From NCBI GenBank assembly GCA_964547755.1, contig CAZJPA010000001.1, positions 1 through 39,446 of the forward strand: a stretch of 39,446 bases of DNA, read 5' to 3'. A program made the translations under genes and the position numbers. Positions 1 to 7,892 of this stretch are shown piece after piece (position 1 is the first letter of the stretch; each line of letters starts with the position of its first letter). This DNA comes from an uncultured Sphingomonadales bacterium. Its GTDB lineage: Bacteria; Pseudomonadota; Alphaproteobacteria; Sphingomonadales; Rhodothalassiaceae. The notes under the pieces are model-generated. The model did not search any database and was not told the origin of the DNA. It saw nothing but the letters and a program-made list of their open reading frames with translations.

Positions 1-971
1 AAGGGCTCGCCGTCGAGCGCGGCGAGGAGGGCAGAGCGCGCTTCCTCCTCGCCCATCTCGGCCGAACAGAAAACGAGGCCGTTGCCGATGCGATGGCGCA
101 GAGGAATCCGCCAACGCCAACCGGCGGCATGGGCGTGGGCTTGCGTGTAAGGCGGAAGGGGGCCGCTCTCCCGGGATCCGACGGCCCAAGCCGCATCGCA
201 AGGCAGCCAATGGGACCAGTCCACGAAAGGCACGTCCAACGTCTCGCCGAGCAGCAGCGAGCGGAATCCCGAGCAGTCGATGAAAAGATCGGCTTCGATC
301 CGGCGGCCGTCTTCGAGAACAAGCGCGCAAACCCGACCATCCTGCGGATCACGCTCCACCCGACGCATCAGGCCTTCCACATGCGCCACGCCGGCCGCCT
401 CGGCCACCCGACGCAGCAGGCGCGCATAAAGGCCGGCATCGAAATGATAGGCCCAACGCAGACCGGCCAGCCCGGGAGCCGGCGGCTCCTCGCGCGGCAG
501 AAAGCGCCCGGTCGCGGCGGCCAGGGCATTGGGTGAATAGTCCCAGAACGAACCGGCCTCACCGGCGGCGGCAGCCCGCGCCCGCAACCAGTAGTGATGG
601 AAACCGACCTGGCCAAGGGTGACACCGATGTCGGAGAAGGCGTGGATATAGGAGTCTGCCGGCCGCGTCCAACCAATGAAGCGGATGCCGAGCTTGATGG
701 TGCCCTCGCTGGCGGCGAGCAACTGTGTTTCCGCGATTCCCAGGAACCGATTCAGATGCCGGATTTGCGGGATCGTCGCCTCGCCCACGCCCACGGTGCC
801 AATCGCCGACGACTCGACGAGCGTGATCGCGACAAGAGGCCCCAGTCCCTTCGCCAGCACGGCCGCCGCCATCCAGCCGGCCGTTCCGCCGCCGAGCACC
901 AGAACCCGCTTGGGCCGCCCCTGCCCGGTGGAAGGGTCGGTGCGGACGGGATCGCCCCCTTCTGTCGGCAT
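1..971 (-). CDS. Flavin-dependent (tryptophan-type) halogenase-like protein, paralogue 1. Only the 5' part is present; the gene runs off the left edge.
   Basis: Not in the ORF track because there is no in-window stop. My manual reverse-strand translation from the ATG at 971-969 gives MPTEGGDPVRTDPSTGQGRPKRVLVLGGGTAGWMAAAVL..GVGEATIP..GTIKLGIRFIGW..DCSGFRSLLLGE..GWRWRIPLRHRIGNGLVF. This shows the GxGxxG FAD motif, the conserved Lys and the WxWxIP motif. It is clearly paralogous to 7893..9542; nucleotides 1-140 align by eye with about 8504-8645. Confidence 0.85.
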   Translation of the reverse strand, partial: MPTEGGDPVRTDPSTGQGRPKRVLVLGGGTAGWMAAAVLAKGLGPLVAITLVESSAIGTVGVGEATIPQIRHLNRFLGIAETQLLAASEGTIKLGIRFIGWTRPADSYIHAFSDIGVTLGQVGFHHYWLRARAAAAGEAGSFWDYSPNALAAATGRFLPREEPPAPGLAGLRWAYHFDAGLYARLLRRVAEAAGVAHVEGLMRRVERDPQDGRVCALVLEDGRRIEADLFIDCSGFRSLLLGETLDVPFVDWSHWLPCDAAWAVGSRESGPLPPYTQAHAHAAGWRWRIPLRHRIGNGLVFCSAEMGEEEARSALLAALDGEP

Positions 972-1052
972 CGCTGCTATCCCTTCTCATGCCTGCTGAC
1001 GCGGGACACCCGCCTTACCCCCGCCGGTCGCCACGCTGGCACCAGCCTAGTC

Positions 1053-1089
1053 CCGGCGGCCGGAATCCGCAAAAGCGGTAGCCCGCCGG
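1053..1089 (-). other. Intercistronic stem-loop between the TonB-dependent receptor stop and the halogenase-like paralogue 1 start
   Basis: The outer arms CCGGCGG (1053-1059) and CCGCCGG (1083-1089) are reverse complements. The inner arms are CCGC (1067-1070), an AAAA loop, then GCGG (1075-1078). No U-tract follows on the transcribed (minus) strand. The 11-mer CCGCCGGTCGC also occurs twice (1021-1031 and 1083-1093). Confidence 0.25.
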
Positions 1090-1153
1090 TCGCGAAGGAC
1101 CAGCGGGCTCTCATCCGCAATCGGCAGCCGGACCGCATGCCGGCGAACGGGCG

Positions 1154-4024
1154 TCAGAAGCTGTAGGACGCGCCGAACAGATAGGTGCGCGAAAAGCTCT
1201 GATGATCAATCACCAGCCGCGGATCGGGCTCCTGGAAGGTCACGAAGGGTTCGTTGGTCAGGTTGTTGGCCTGAGCCAGCAAGGTCAGTCCCTGCAGGGG
1301 ACCGCTTTCGAAAGTGTAGCTGATCTGTGCGTCGATCACCGATTCGGACTTGACCGTGCGCAGGATGCGGGTCGCGCTGATGCCGGCCACCTCTCCCAGG
1401 AACTTGGTGCGGTAGCGGTGGCTGACGCGCGCCTGGAAACCCGCCTTTTCGTAGTAGACGGTGGAATTGACGACCCATTTCGACAATCCGGGCACGGTCA
1501 CGGGATCAGGGTTGTCGCCCAGAATCACCTTGCTGTCCGTGTAGGAGGCCGACAGAATCACGCCGAAGCCTTCCAGTGCCGGCGCCACCACTTCGAAAGG
1601 CAGGGTGATCGTGCCTTCAAACCCCTTGATATTGCCGTGACCATTGTTGGTCGGCCCCGAGACGATGCCCAGCGGCGTGCCCAGCATCGCCTGCTGTTCG
1701 GGGGTGAGGAAGTCCGGAATGAAGGCCGAGAAATCGAACAGGAAGGCGTCATTCGGATTGATGAAATCCTGCAGATCCTTGTAGAAACCCGCGATCGCGA
1801 TATAGCCCGCGCCATCGGCGAAATAGTGCTCGAAGGAGATGTCCACCTGATTCGAGATGGTGGGCTTCAGCCGCGGGTTGCCGCCGCCGGCGCTGAAGAA
1901 GGCCTGATTGGGATCGGTTGAGGTCAACCGCGTGAAATTGGCCGACAGCGCAAGCGAAGCGTTCAATTGATCCATCCGGGCGCGGGCCAGGGTGCGCGCG
2001 GCGCCGAAGCGGATCTGGGTGTTTTCGTCGATTCGCAGGATGAGGTTGAGACTCGGCAGAAAGCGCCAATATTTGTCACCGTCCTTGACGGGAATGAAGT
2101 CTCCCTCCGCGGTCCCGGCGCCGACTTCCGCACCCGCCACGCGGAAGCCTTGGGACGACTGATCGGTGTAAACCGCCTGGACGCCGACATTGCCGACCAG
2201 CTCCATGCCGCCCACCAAGGTATTGACGTCCCACTTGGTGAAGGCCACCAGCACGTCTTCCCGCACGGACCAGTCCTGCGGCACGTTGAAGGAGGACAGC
2301 TGGATCGGCACCGGCACATAGACGTTCTGGAGCAGATAGAGCGGATCATAGGTGACCTGGGCCGGAATGCCGAGGAACTTCAGCCCCGCGGTCTTCTTGA
2401 GCAGGGCGGCTTCGGGGATGGGCAGGCTCGTCGGCCCGCCGAGAGTGAGAAAGTTCTGGGCGATCCGCCGCTTCTTGTCGCGCCGCGACAGGTCGATCCC
2501 GATCGTCGCCTTGTCGAAGACGGAACTATCGAGAAAGCGATCGGCCGAAAAGCGCAGATGAGTCAGCTCATCGCTGGTCTTGGGCGCATTGATGAATCCG
2601 GCTTGTGTGAGCGGATTCGGCTTGGCGCCGCCGCCCCAACCCTGCGGGTCGGTCAACACGAACAGACTGGTATCCGCATAATCCAGCGTGGGATCATAGG
2701 TGAACACGCCGCTCTTTTGCTGCTGGAATCCGAGGGTGTCCGTCGCACCCATGCCGGCCGGGCCGGTGCCGGAATAGGATTCGAGCAACCGGTCCTTGCG
2801 GTCGGCCCGCGAGTAGCTGATATCGGTCTCAAACCCCCAGTCCTCGGCGAAATCGTAGCGCAGGTTCCAGCCGACGTTGAAGAGATCGGCGTTGCGGTCG
2901 TTGCGGTCGTTGCGCATCACCCCCTTCACGCCCGCGAAGGCGCCGTCGGTGATCAGGCCGTCGCTGGCCGTGTATCCGGGCTGCAGCTGGGCGGCCGACC
3001 AGAACAGCGGAAACTCGATCCCGCGCAGGATCTGGGTTTCGTCGAAATGAGAGTAGGAAATGTCGAGCGTGGTGTGCAGCGTGTCGCTGGGCGCAAACTC
3101 GATGGTTCCAAGCGTGCCGATGCGCTTGAGGTCATCGGACTTCACGAAAGGCTTCGAGCCGCCCAGCACGAGATTGCCGTCGGGCGCGGTCGGATAGCCC
3201 CAGGCGTTGAACTGTTCGATCTGGGTGGGCGTGGACTGGATCGCCACCCCAAGCGTGACCCCAAGGCGATCCTCCATGAACTGATCGACATAGGTCACAC
3301 CCACGCGATAGCCGAGGGCGGAGGCATCGGGGTTGAGAGAGCCGTCCTCATTGAATTCGGCCCGCGCGATCGCCGTCAGCCGTCGCCGGCCGAAGGCGAG
3401 CGGCCGGATCGTGCGCAGATCCACCGTGCCGGCCAACCCTTGGCCGATCAAGGTGGCGTCCGGTGTCTTGTAGACGACCACGCCACCCAGCAGTTCGGCC
3501 GGATACTGGTCAAACTCGACACCGCGGTTATCGCTGGTCGTCACCTGCTCACGGCCATTGAGAAGCGCGGTGCTGAAATCCGGACCCAGCCCGCGGATGC
3601 TGATCACCTGGGCACGACCTTCGAGCCGCTGGGCGGCCAGACCGGGCAGACGGGCCAATGTTTCGCCGATACTCACATCCGGCAGCTTACCGATGTCCTC
3701 GGCCGAGACCGCCTCGATGATGGATGTGGACATCTTTTTGAGCTCGATCGCGCGCTCGATGCTCGGCCGAAAGCCCCGCACGACGATCTCTTCGATCGCC
3801 GGCTTTTCATCCTTGCGCCCGCGACCCTCGTCACGCCCGGTCTTCTTGCCTTCGTCCTGCGCCTGATCCCGCGCGGCCTCCTGAAGAGGGGCGAGCGCAC
3901 CCGCCGCCTCGGCCGCCTTTGCCGGCGCCGCCACGCCGAGCCCGGCACCGGCATCGATCAGCGCCAGAATCGCCGCGCCCGACACACAAGCAAGCAAGCG
4001 ACCCGGATTCCTGCGATTCGCCAT
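1154..4024 (-). CDS. TonB-dependent outer-membrane receptor, Xanthomonas/Caulobacter carbohydrate-type subfamily (MalA/SuxA-like)
   Basis: Track ORF 1154..4189. It has a signal peptide (MANRRNPGRLLACVSGAAILALIDAGAGLGVAAPAKA), a TonB-box-like IEEIVVRGF, plug motifs (ISIRGLGPDFSTALLNGRE) and a C-terminal barrel ending in ..LFGASYSF. I moved the start to the ATG at 4024 because AGGGAGGAGA lies 6-7 nt upstream. The additional 55 codons in the track lie in the promoter region. Confidence 0.93.
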   Translation of the reverse strand: MANRRNPGRLLACVSGAAILALIDAGAGLGVAAPAKAAEAAGALAPLQEAARDQAQDEGKKTGRDEGRGRKDEKPAIEEIVVRGFRPSIERAIELKKMSTSIIEAVSAEDIGKLPDVSIGETLARLPGLAAQRLEGRAQVISIRGLGPDFSTALLNGREQVTTSDNRGVEFDQYPAELLGGVVVYKTPDATLIGQGLAGTVDLRTIRPLAFGRRRLTAIARAEFNEDGSLNPDASALGYRVGVTYVDQFMEDRLGVTLGVAIQSTPTQIEQFNAWGYPTAPDGNLVLGGSKPFVKSDDLKRIGTLGTIEFAPSDTLHTTLDISYSHFDETQILRGIEFPLFWSAAQLQPGYTASDGLITDGAFAGVKGVMRNDRNDRNADLFNVGWNLRYDFAEDWGFETDISYSRADRKDRLLESYSGTGPAGMGATDTLGFQQQKSGVFTYDPTLDYADTSLFVLTDPQGWGGGAKPNPLTQAGFINAPKTSDELTHLRFSADRFLDSSVFDKATIGIDLSRRDKKRRIAQNFLTLGGPTSLPIPEAALLKKTAGLKFLGIPAQVTYDPLYLLQNVYVPVPIQLSSFNVPQDWSVREDVLVAFTKWDVNTLVGGMELVGNVGVQAVYTDQSSQGFRVAGAEVGAGTAEGDFIPVKDGDKYWRFLPSLNLILRIDENTQIRFGAARTLARARMDQLNASLALSANFTRLTSTDPNQAFFSAGGGNPRLKPTISNQVDISFEHYFADGAGYIAIAGFYKDLQDFINPNDAFLFDFSAFIPDFLTPEQQAMLGTPLGIVSGPTNNGHGNIKGFEGTITLPFEVVAPALEGFGVILSASYTDSKVILGDNPDPVTVPGLSKWVVNSTVYYEKAGFQARVSHRYRTKFLGEVAGISATRILRTVKSESVIDAQISYTFESGPLQGLTLLAQANNLTNEPFVTFQEPDPRLVIDHQSFSRTYLFGASYSF

Positions 4025-4187
4025 CGGCTGTCTCCTCCCTGCCACCACGGCCATACCCGCATCCAAACGGGCTTCCAACACGCACGACCGACCGTATCGT
4101 CGTGAAGCGCCCGCAAGCGCGCATCGGTAAGGCGCCAAGACGAGAGAACGGTCGCCCTTCCCTGCGCCCAAGCGACCTTGGTCGACC

Positions 4188-4258
4188 ATGCATTTGCATT
4201 TATAACGTCACAACAATGCAAATTGCAAGGGCAAAATGCCCTCATTTGCGGCAAAACA
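4188..4258. promoter_or_regulatory. AT-rich operator/promoter cluster upstream of the TonB-dependent receptor gene (candidate LacI-family operators)
   Basis: The sequence is ATGCATTTGCAT (4188-4199), then TGCAA-A-TTGCA, a perfect 11-bp palindrome (4217-4227), then GGGCA-aaa-TGCCC (4229-4241), then ATTTGCGGCAAAA. It lies about 165-230 nt upstream of the receptor start. The 14-mer AATGCAAATTGCAA (4215-4228) recurs exactly at 9859-9872. Confidence 0.45.
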
Positions 4259-4547
4259 TCATGAATCTTTCTCCGCATCCCCGATCCGCCTTGGACTCTT
4301 CGCGGCATTTCCCGAGAGCAGGAGAAGGGATGCGCCAAACGCCCAACCGCATCGCACCGCCACCCCATATTTGGCCTTCCCCTTGCTATCATAGAGGAAT
4401 TATGCGCCCTTCAGAGACCTTCGCCCACCCTTCCGCCAGGATCACACCACCTCTCCCCAACCAATCCCGCTGCCCGAGAAGACGTGTGTTTGCGGCGCAG
4501 GCGGTTTCTTCCTTTCATCACATGCCTTCCGGGAATCGGAAAGGGCA

Positions 4548-4575
4548 TTGCAAGAAAGCTCTTGCAATATTGCAA
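4548..4575. promoter_or_regulatory. Overlapping palindromes upstream of the alpha-glucosidase gene (candidate operator)
   Basis: TTGCAATATTGCAA (4562-4575) is a perfect 14-bp palindrome. It overlaps an inverted repeat with arms TTGCAAGA (4548-4555) and TCTTGCAA (4560-4567). That puts three TTGCAA hexamers within 28 bp of a GC-rich genome. Confidence 0.5.
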
Positions 4576-4775
4576 AAAGACGGCAAAATGACACGGCCGC
4601 TGGCAGCGAAAGAGGCTGCCGAGTCTTCTCCTTCCGCCATTGGGATGCGGAACCGGGCGGCGGTTTGCGCGGCGGAAAGGCAAAGCGACACCCGGATGAG
4701 CGTGAAAGGCGATGGCTCTAAAGTCGATGCTCTGACGGGACCGGCGGCAGCCGCAGCAGGAAAGGCGACGATTGG

Positions 4776-6437
4776 GTGAAAGGGGAGAGCGTGGCCGAAC
4801 AGGAGGGCAATGGATGCGCACCGCACGCCTGGTGGCGCGGCGCCGTCATCTATCAGGTCTATCCGCGTAGCTTCCGCGATTCGAACGGCGACGGGATCGG
4901 CGATCTGGCGGGTGTGCGTGCCGGGCTCGATCATATCGCCTCGCTTGGTGTCGATGCGATTTGGCTGTCGCCCTTCTTCGTCTCGCCCATGCATGACGGG
5001 GGCTATGATGTTTCGGACCATTGCGACGTCGATCCGATCTTCGGCACGCTCGCCGATTTCGACGGCCTGCTCGCCGACGCCCATGCCCGCGGCATGCGCG
5101 TGATCATCGACCAGGTCTATTCCCACACCTCTTCCGCCCATCCCTGGTTTCAGGAGGCGCGCAGCGGCCGCGATGCGCCCCGGGCGGACTGGTATGTCTT
5201 CGCGGATCCGCGTCCCGACGGCACGCCGCCCAACAACTGGCAGTCTCTGTTTACGGGGCCGGCCTGGAGCTGGTGTGCCGAACGGCGCCAGTATTATCTG
5301 CACAATTTTCTGGCCGAGCAGCCGGATCTCAATCTCCACAATCCTGCCGTGCGTGAGGCAATCGCGGACATCGCCCGGTTCTGGCTGACGCGCGGTGTGG
5401 ATGGGTTTCGTCTGGATGCGGTCAACTTCTACTGTCACGATCAAGCCTTGCGGGACAATCCGCCGGCCGGCGTGCCCGCCGCTGACCGGCCCTATGACTA
5501 TCAGCGTCATCTCTACAACCGCTCGCGCCCGGAAAGCCTAACCGTCGTGGAGGCGCTGCGTGCCCTTGCGGATCAGTTCGGTGAGCGGTTTCTCGTCGCC
5601 GAGGTGGGTGACAACGCGCCGATCAGCGAGACGATCGCTTACGCCTGGTCCGGTCAGCCGCGGCGCTGTCACAGTGCCTACGACTTCGCCTTTCTCAACG
5701 GCCCGCGGATTTCGGCCGAGCAGGTTCATGCGGCCATCGAGGCATGGAACGAGTCGCAGGAATCCGCCTGGCCATCCTGGGCCTTCAGCAATCACGACGT
5801 CCCCCGGGTCGTCAGCCGCTGGGCGGCCAGCGAAGCGGAAGAGGAAGATCCGCGTTTCGCCTCTATGCTCAATGCGCTCCTGCTCGGCTTGCGGGGCACG
5901 ATCTTCCTTTATCAGGGGCAGGAGCTCGGCCTGCCGCAGGCGCATCTTGCTCGCGAGGATCTGCAGGATCCGGAAGCGATCGCCAACTGGCCGGCGACCT
6001 TGGGGCGTGACGGCGCCCGCACGCCCATGCCCTGGCAGGCGGAAGACCCGCATGCCGGCTTTTCCTCCGCCCGCCCCTGGTTGCCCGTGGACCCGCGCCA
6101 TCGGGCACGGGCCATAAGCCGTCAGGAACAGGAGGGGCGATCGGTGCTCGCGATCACCCGCGCTCTGATCGCCCTGCGGCGGCGACAACCAGCCTTGCGC
6201 CATGGAGACTATCACGCGCTCGCACAGGCGCCCGCCCCCCTGATCGCCTTCACCCGCACGCAAGGGGACGCCAGCCTGTTGTGCCTCGTCAATCCGGCGG
6301 CCACCCCCTTGGACTGGCGTGCGCCGGAGCTCACCCGGCGCTGGCGTCTGCCTCTGCTGAGTGCGGATGGCGCACGGCTTGCGGACGATCATTATGTGCT
6401 GCCCGCCTATGGCTGGGCCTTCTTCGCCAGCGCGTGA
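4776..6437 (+). CDS. GH13 alpha-glucosidase (oligo-1,6-glucosidase / AglA-like), cytoplasmic
   Basis: The track protein has WWRGAVIYQVYPRSFRDSNGDGIGDLAG.., GVDAIWLSPFF, VIIDQVYSHTS, GVDGFRLDAVNF (nucleophile Asp region), FLVAEV and FSNHDVPR. There is no signal peptide. The start is either the GTG at 4776 or the GTG at 4791 (AGGGGAGAGC lies just upstream of the latter). Confidence 0.92.
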   Translation: MKGESVAEQEGNGCAPHAWWRGAVIYQVYPRSFRDSNGDGIGDLAGVRAGLDHIASLGVDAIWLSPFFVSPMHDGGYDVSDHCDVDPIFGTLADFDGLLADAHARGMRVIIDQVYSHTSSAHPWFQEARSGRDAPRADWYVFADPRPDGTPPNNWQSLFTGPAWSWCAERRQYYLHNFLAEQPDLNLHNPAVREAIADIARFWLTRGVDGFRLDAVNFYCHDQALRDNPPAGVPAADRPYDYQRHLYNRSRPESLTVVEALRALADQFGERFLVAEVGDNAPISETIAYAWSGQPRRCHSAYDFAFLNGPRISAEQVHAAIEAWNESQESAWPSWAFSNHDVPRVVSRWAASEAEEEDPRFASMLNALLLGLRGTIFLYQGQELGLPQAHLAREDLQDPEAIANWPATLGRDGARTPMPWQAEDPHAGFSSARPWLPVDPRHRARAISRQEQEGRSVLAITRALIALRRRQPALRHGDYHALAQAPAPLIAFTRTQGDASLLCLVNPAATPLDWRAPELTRRWRLPLLSADGARLADDHYVLPAYGWAFFASA

Positions 6438-6608
6438 GGGATGCCGCCGCGTCGCGGATCGCGTTCTGACAGCAGCGGGTTCCGCCCAAAAGATCGAGAC
6501 GGAAAGACCGGCCAAAATGCGTTTGTCTGCGGATCCGCGTCCTCAGCAGACGACGCGCTCTTCGTTTCGTCTCCTCGTTTCATTGCGTATCCGGCCGGTC
6601 GCGGACCG

Positions 6609-7757
6609 TCACGCGCCACAGGATTCGCGCACGATGAGTTCGGTGGCCAGACATTCGGAAGCCGCCGTCTCGCCACGCAACAAGGCGAGCAGTTTGCGCA
6701 GCAGCAGACGGCCTCCGAGCGTGACATTCTGACGGATCGTGGTCAGCGCCGGGCTGGCATAGGCGGCGAGCTGAATATCGTCATAGCCCACGACGGCCAG
6801 ATCCTCAGGCACCGTCAGCCCACGGCGTTTGGCGCCTTGGATGATCCCGAGGGCCAGCAGATCCGAGGCCGCCACCACGGCGTCCACGCCGGTTTCGGCG
6901 TCGATCAGCCGCTGGATCGCCTCCATCCCTGAATCGAGTCCCAGATCCGCCGTCACGAAGAGAGCCGGATCGAAGGCGACGCCCGCCTCTTCGAGAGCCG
7001 AACGATACCCCTGGAACCGCAGCGCGATTTCTGGCGCCTCGGTATTGCCGATGAAAGCGATGCGCCGCCGTCCGAGACGCAGAAGATGGCGGGTCGCCCG
7101 CACGCCGCCGCGCAGATTGTCGCTGCCGACGGTGACATAGCGTTGGTCGGGCAGCTCGGCGCCCCAAACGACGAAGGGCATGCCGCGGTCATGATAGGCA
7201 TTGAGATGGCGATGAATGGTGCTTTGTCCGAGAAAGATGACTCCATCCGTGCGCCGATGTTCGAGGATTTCCAGAGTCCCGACCTCGTCGGCCGGCATGA
7301 TGTGCGAAATCAGCAGATCACAGTCATGCTGGATGGCGCTGTCGGCGAGAGCACCCAGCAGTTCGAGGAGGAAAGGATCCGACACCCGACGGTCCCGCCC
7401 CTGCGGAGGGGGAATGACGACCGAGAGCGCGGGCGTTCTCGTCAGCTCGGACGTCCGGGCTGCCGTGCGGCCGCGGAAGTCATGCATGCGGGCGAGCTGA
7501 AAAATCCGCCGCTTCGTCGCTTCGGCGACCAGCGGGCTGTCCCTGAGCGCCCGCGAGACCGTGGAGACCGACACGCCTGCAATCCGCGCGAGATCCTCCA
7601 GCCGATAGAGGCGACGGCCGCGCGCGCCTGCCGCCTCTGGGCGCCGGACCGCTTCTTCCGTCGCCGGCTCTGTCCTCTCGTCTTCCGCTCCCGCCGGGAC
7701 CGATGTCCGGGACCCGTTACCCACGATGACACTCCCCGTCCATTGCGCCGTCACCAT
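6609..7757 (-). CDS. LacI-family transcriptional regulator, the likely regulator of the alpha-glucan locus
   Basis: It has the helix-turn-helix YRLEDLARIAGVSVSTVSRALRD followed by a periplasmic-binding-protein-type sugar-binding core. I chose the ATG at 7757 (AGGACAGGG lies upstream) over the GTG at 7778. Either start leaves an unusual extension of about 50 aa before the helix-turn-helix. Confidence 0.9.
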   Translation of the reverse strand: MVTAQWTGSVIVGNGSRTSVPAGAEDERTEPATEEAVRRPEAAGARGRRLYRLEDLARIAGVSVSTVSRALRDSPLVAEATKRRIFQLARMHDFRGRTAARTSELTRTPALSVVIPPPQGRDRRVSDPFLLELLGALADSAIQHDCDLLISHIMPADEVGTLEILEHRRTDGVIFLGQSTIHRHLNAYHDRGMPFVVWGAELPDQRYVTVGSDNLRGGVRATRHLLRLGRRRIAFIGNTEAPEIALRFQGYRSALEEAGVAFDPALFVTADLGLDSGMEAIQRLIDAETGVDAVVAASDLLALGIIQGAKRRGLTVPEDLAVVGYDDIQLAAYASPALTTIRQNVTLGGRLLLRKLLALLRGETAASECLATELIVRESCGA

Positions 7758-7892
7758 CCCTGTCCTGTGCAGACCCACTGCATGCGAGCCATTGCGAAGA
7801 TGTCACGGCCCGCCGGTCTCGGCAAGGCCCGGGACAGGAAGAGCCGGCCCGCGCCCATCCCCGCCATCGATGCGTATCGGCCCGCATCCCTC

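Noticed and set aside
1967-4105. A 712-aa ORF on the plus strand, plus several smaller ORFs overlapping 1154-4189
   Set aside because: It is entirely antisense to the well-supported TonB-dependent receptor gene. The predicted protein is Arg/Gly/Ala/Pro-rich and low-complexity with no recognisable motifs. This is the typical shadow ORF of a high-GC genome.
3919-4779. A 286-aa plus-strand ORF spanning the divergent control region
   Set aside because: Its 5' part is antisense to the receptor gene's N-terminus. It runs straight through the AT-rich operator clusters, and the translation is featureless. I kept only its last 63 codons (4588-4779) as a weak upstream-ORF possibility in the findings.
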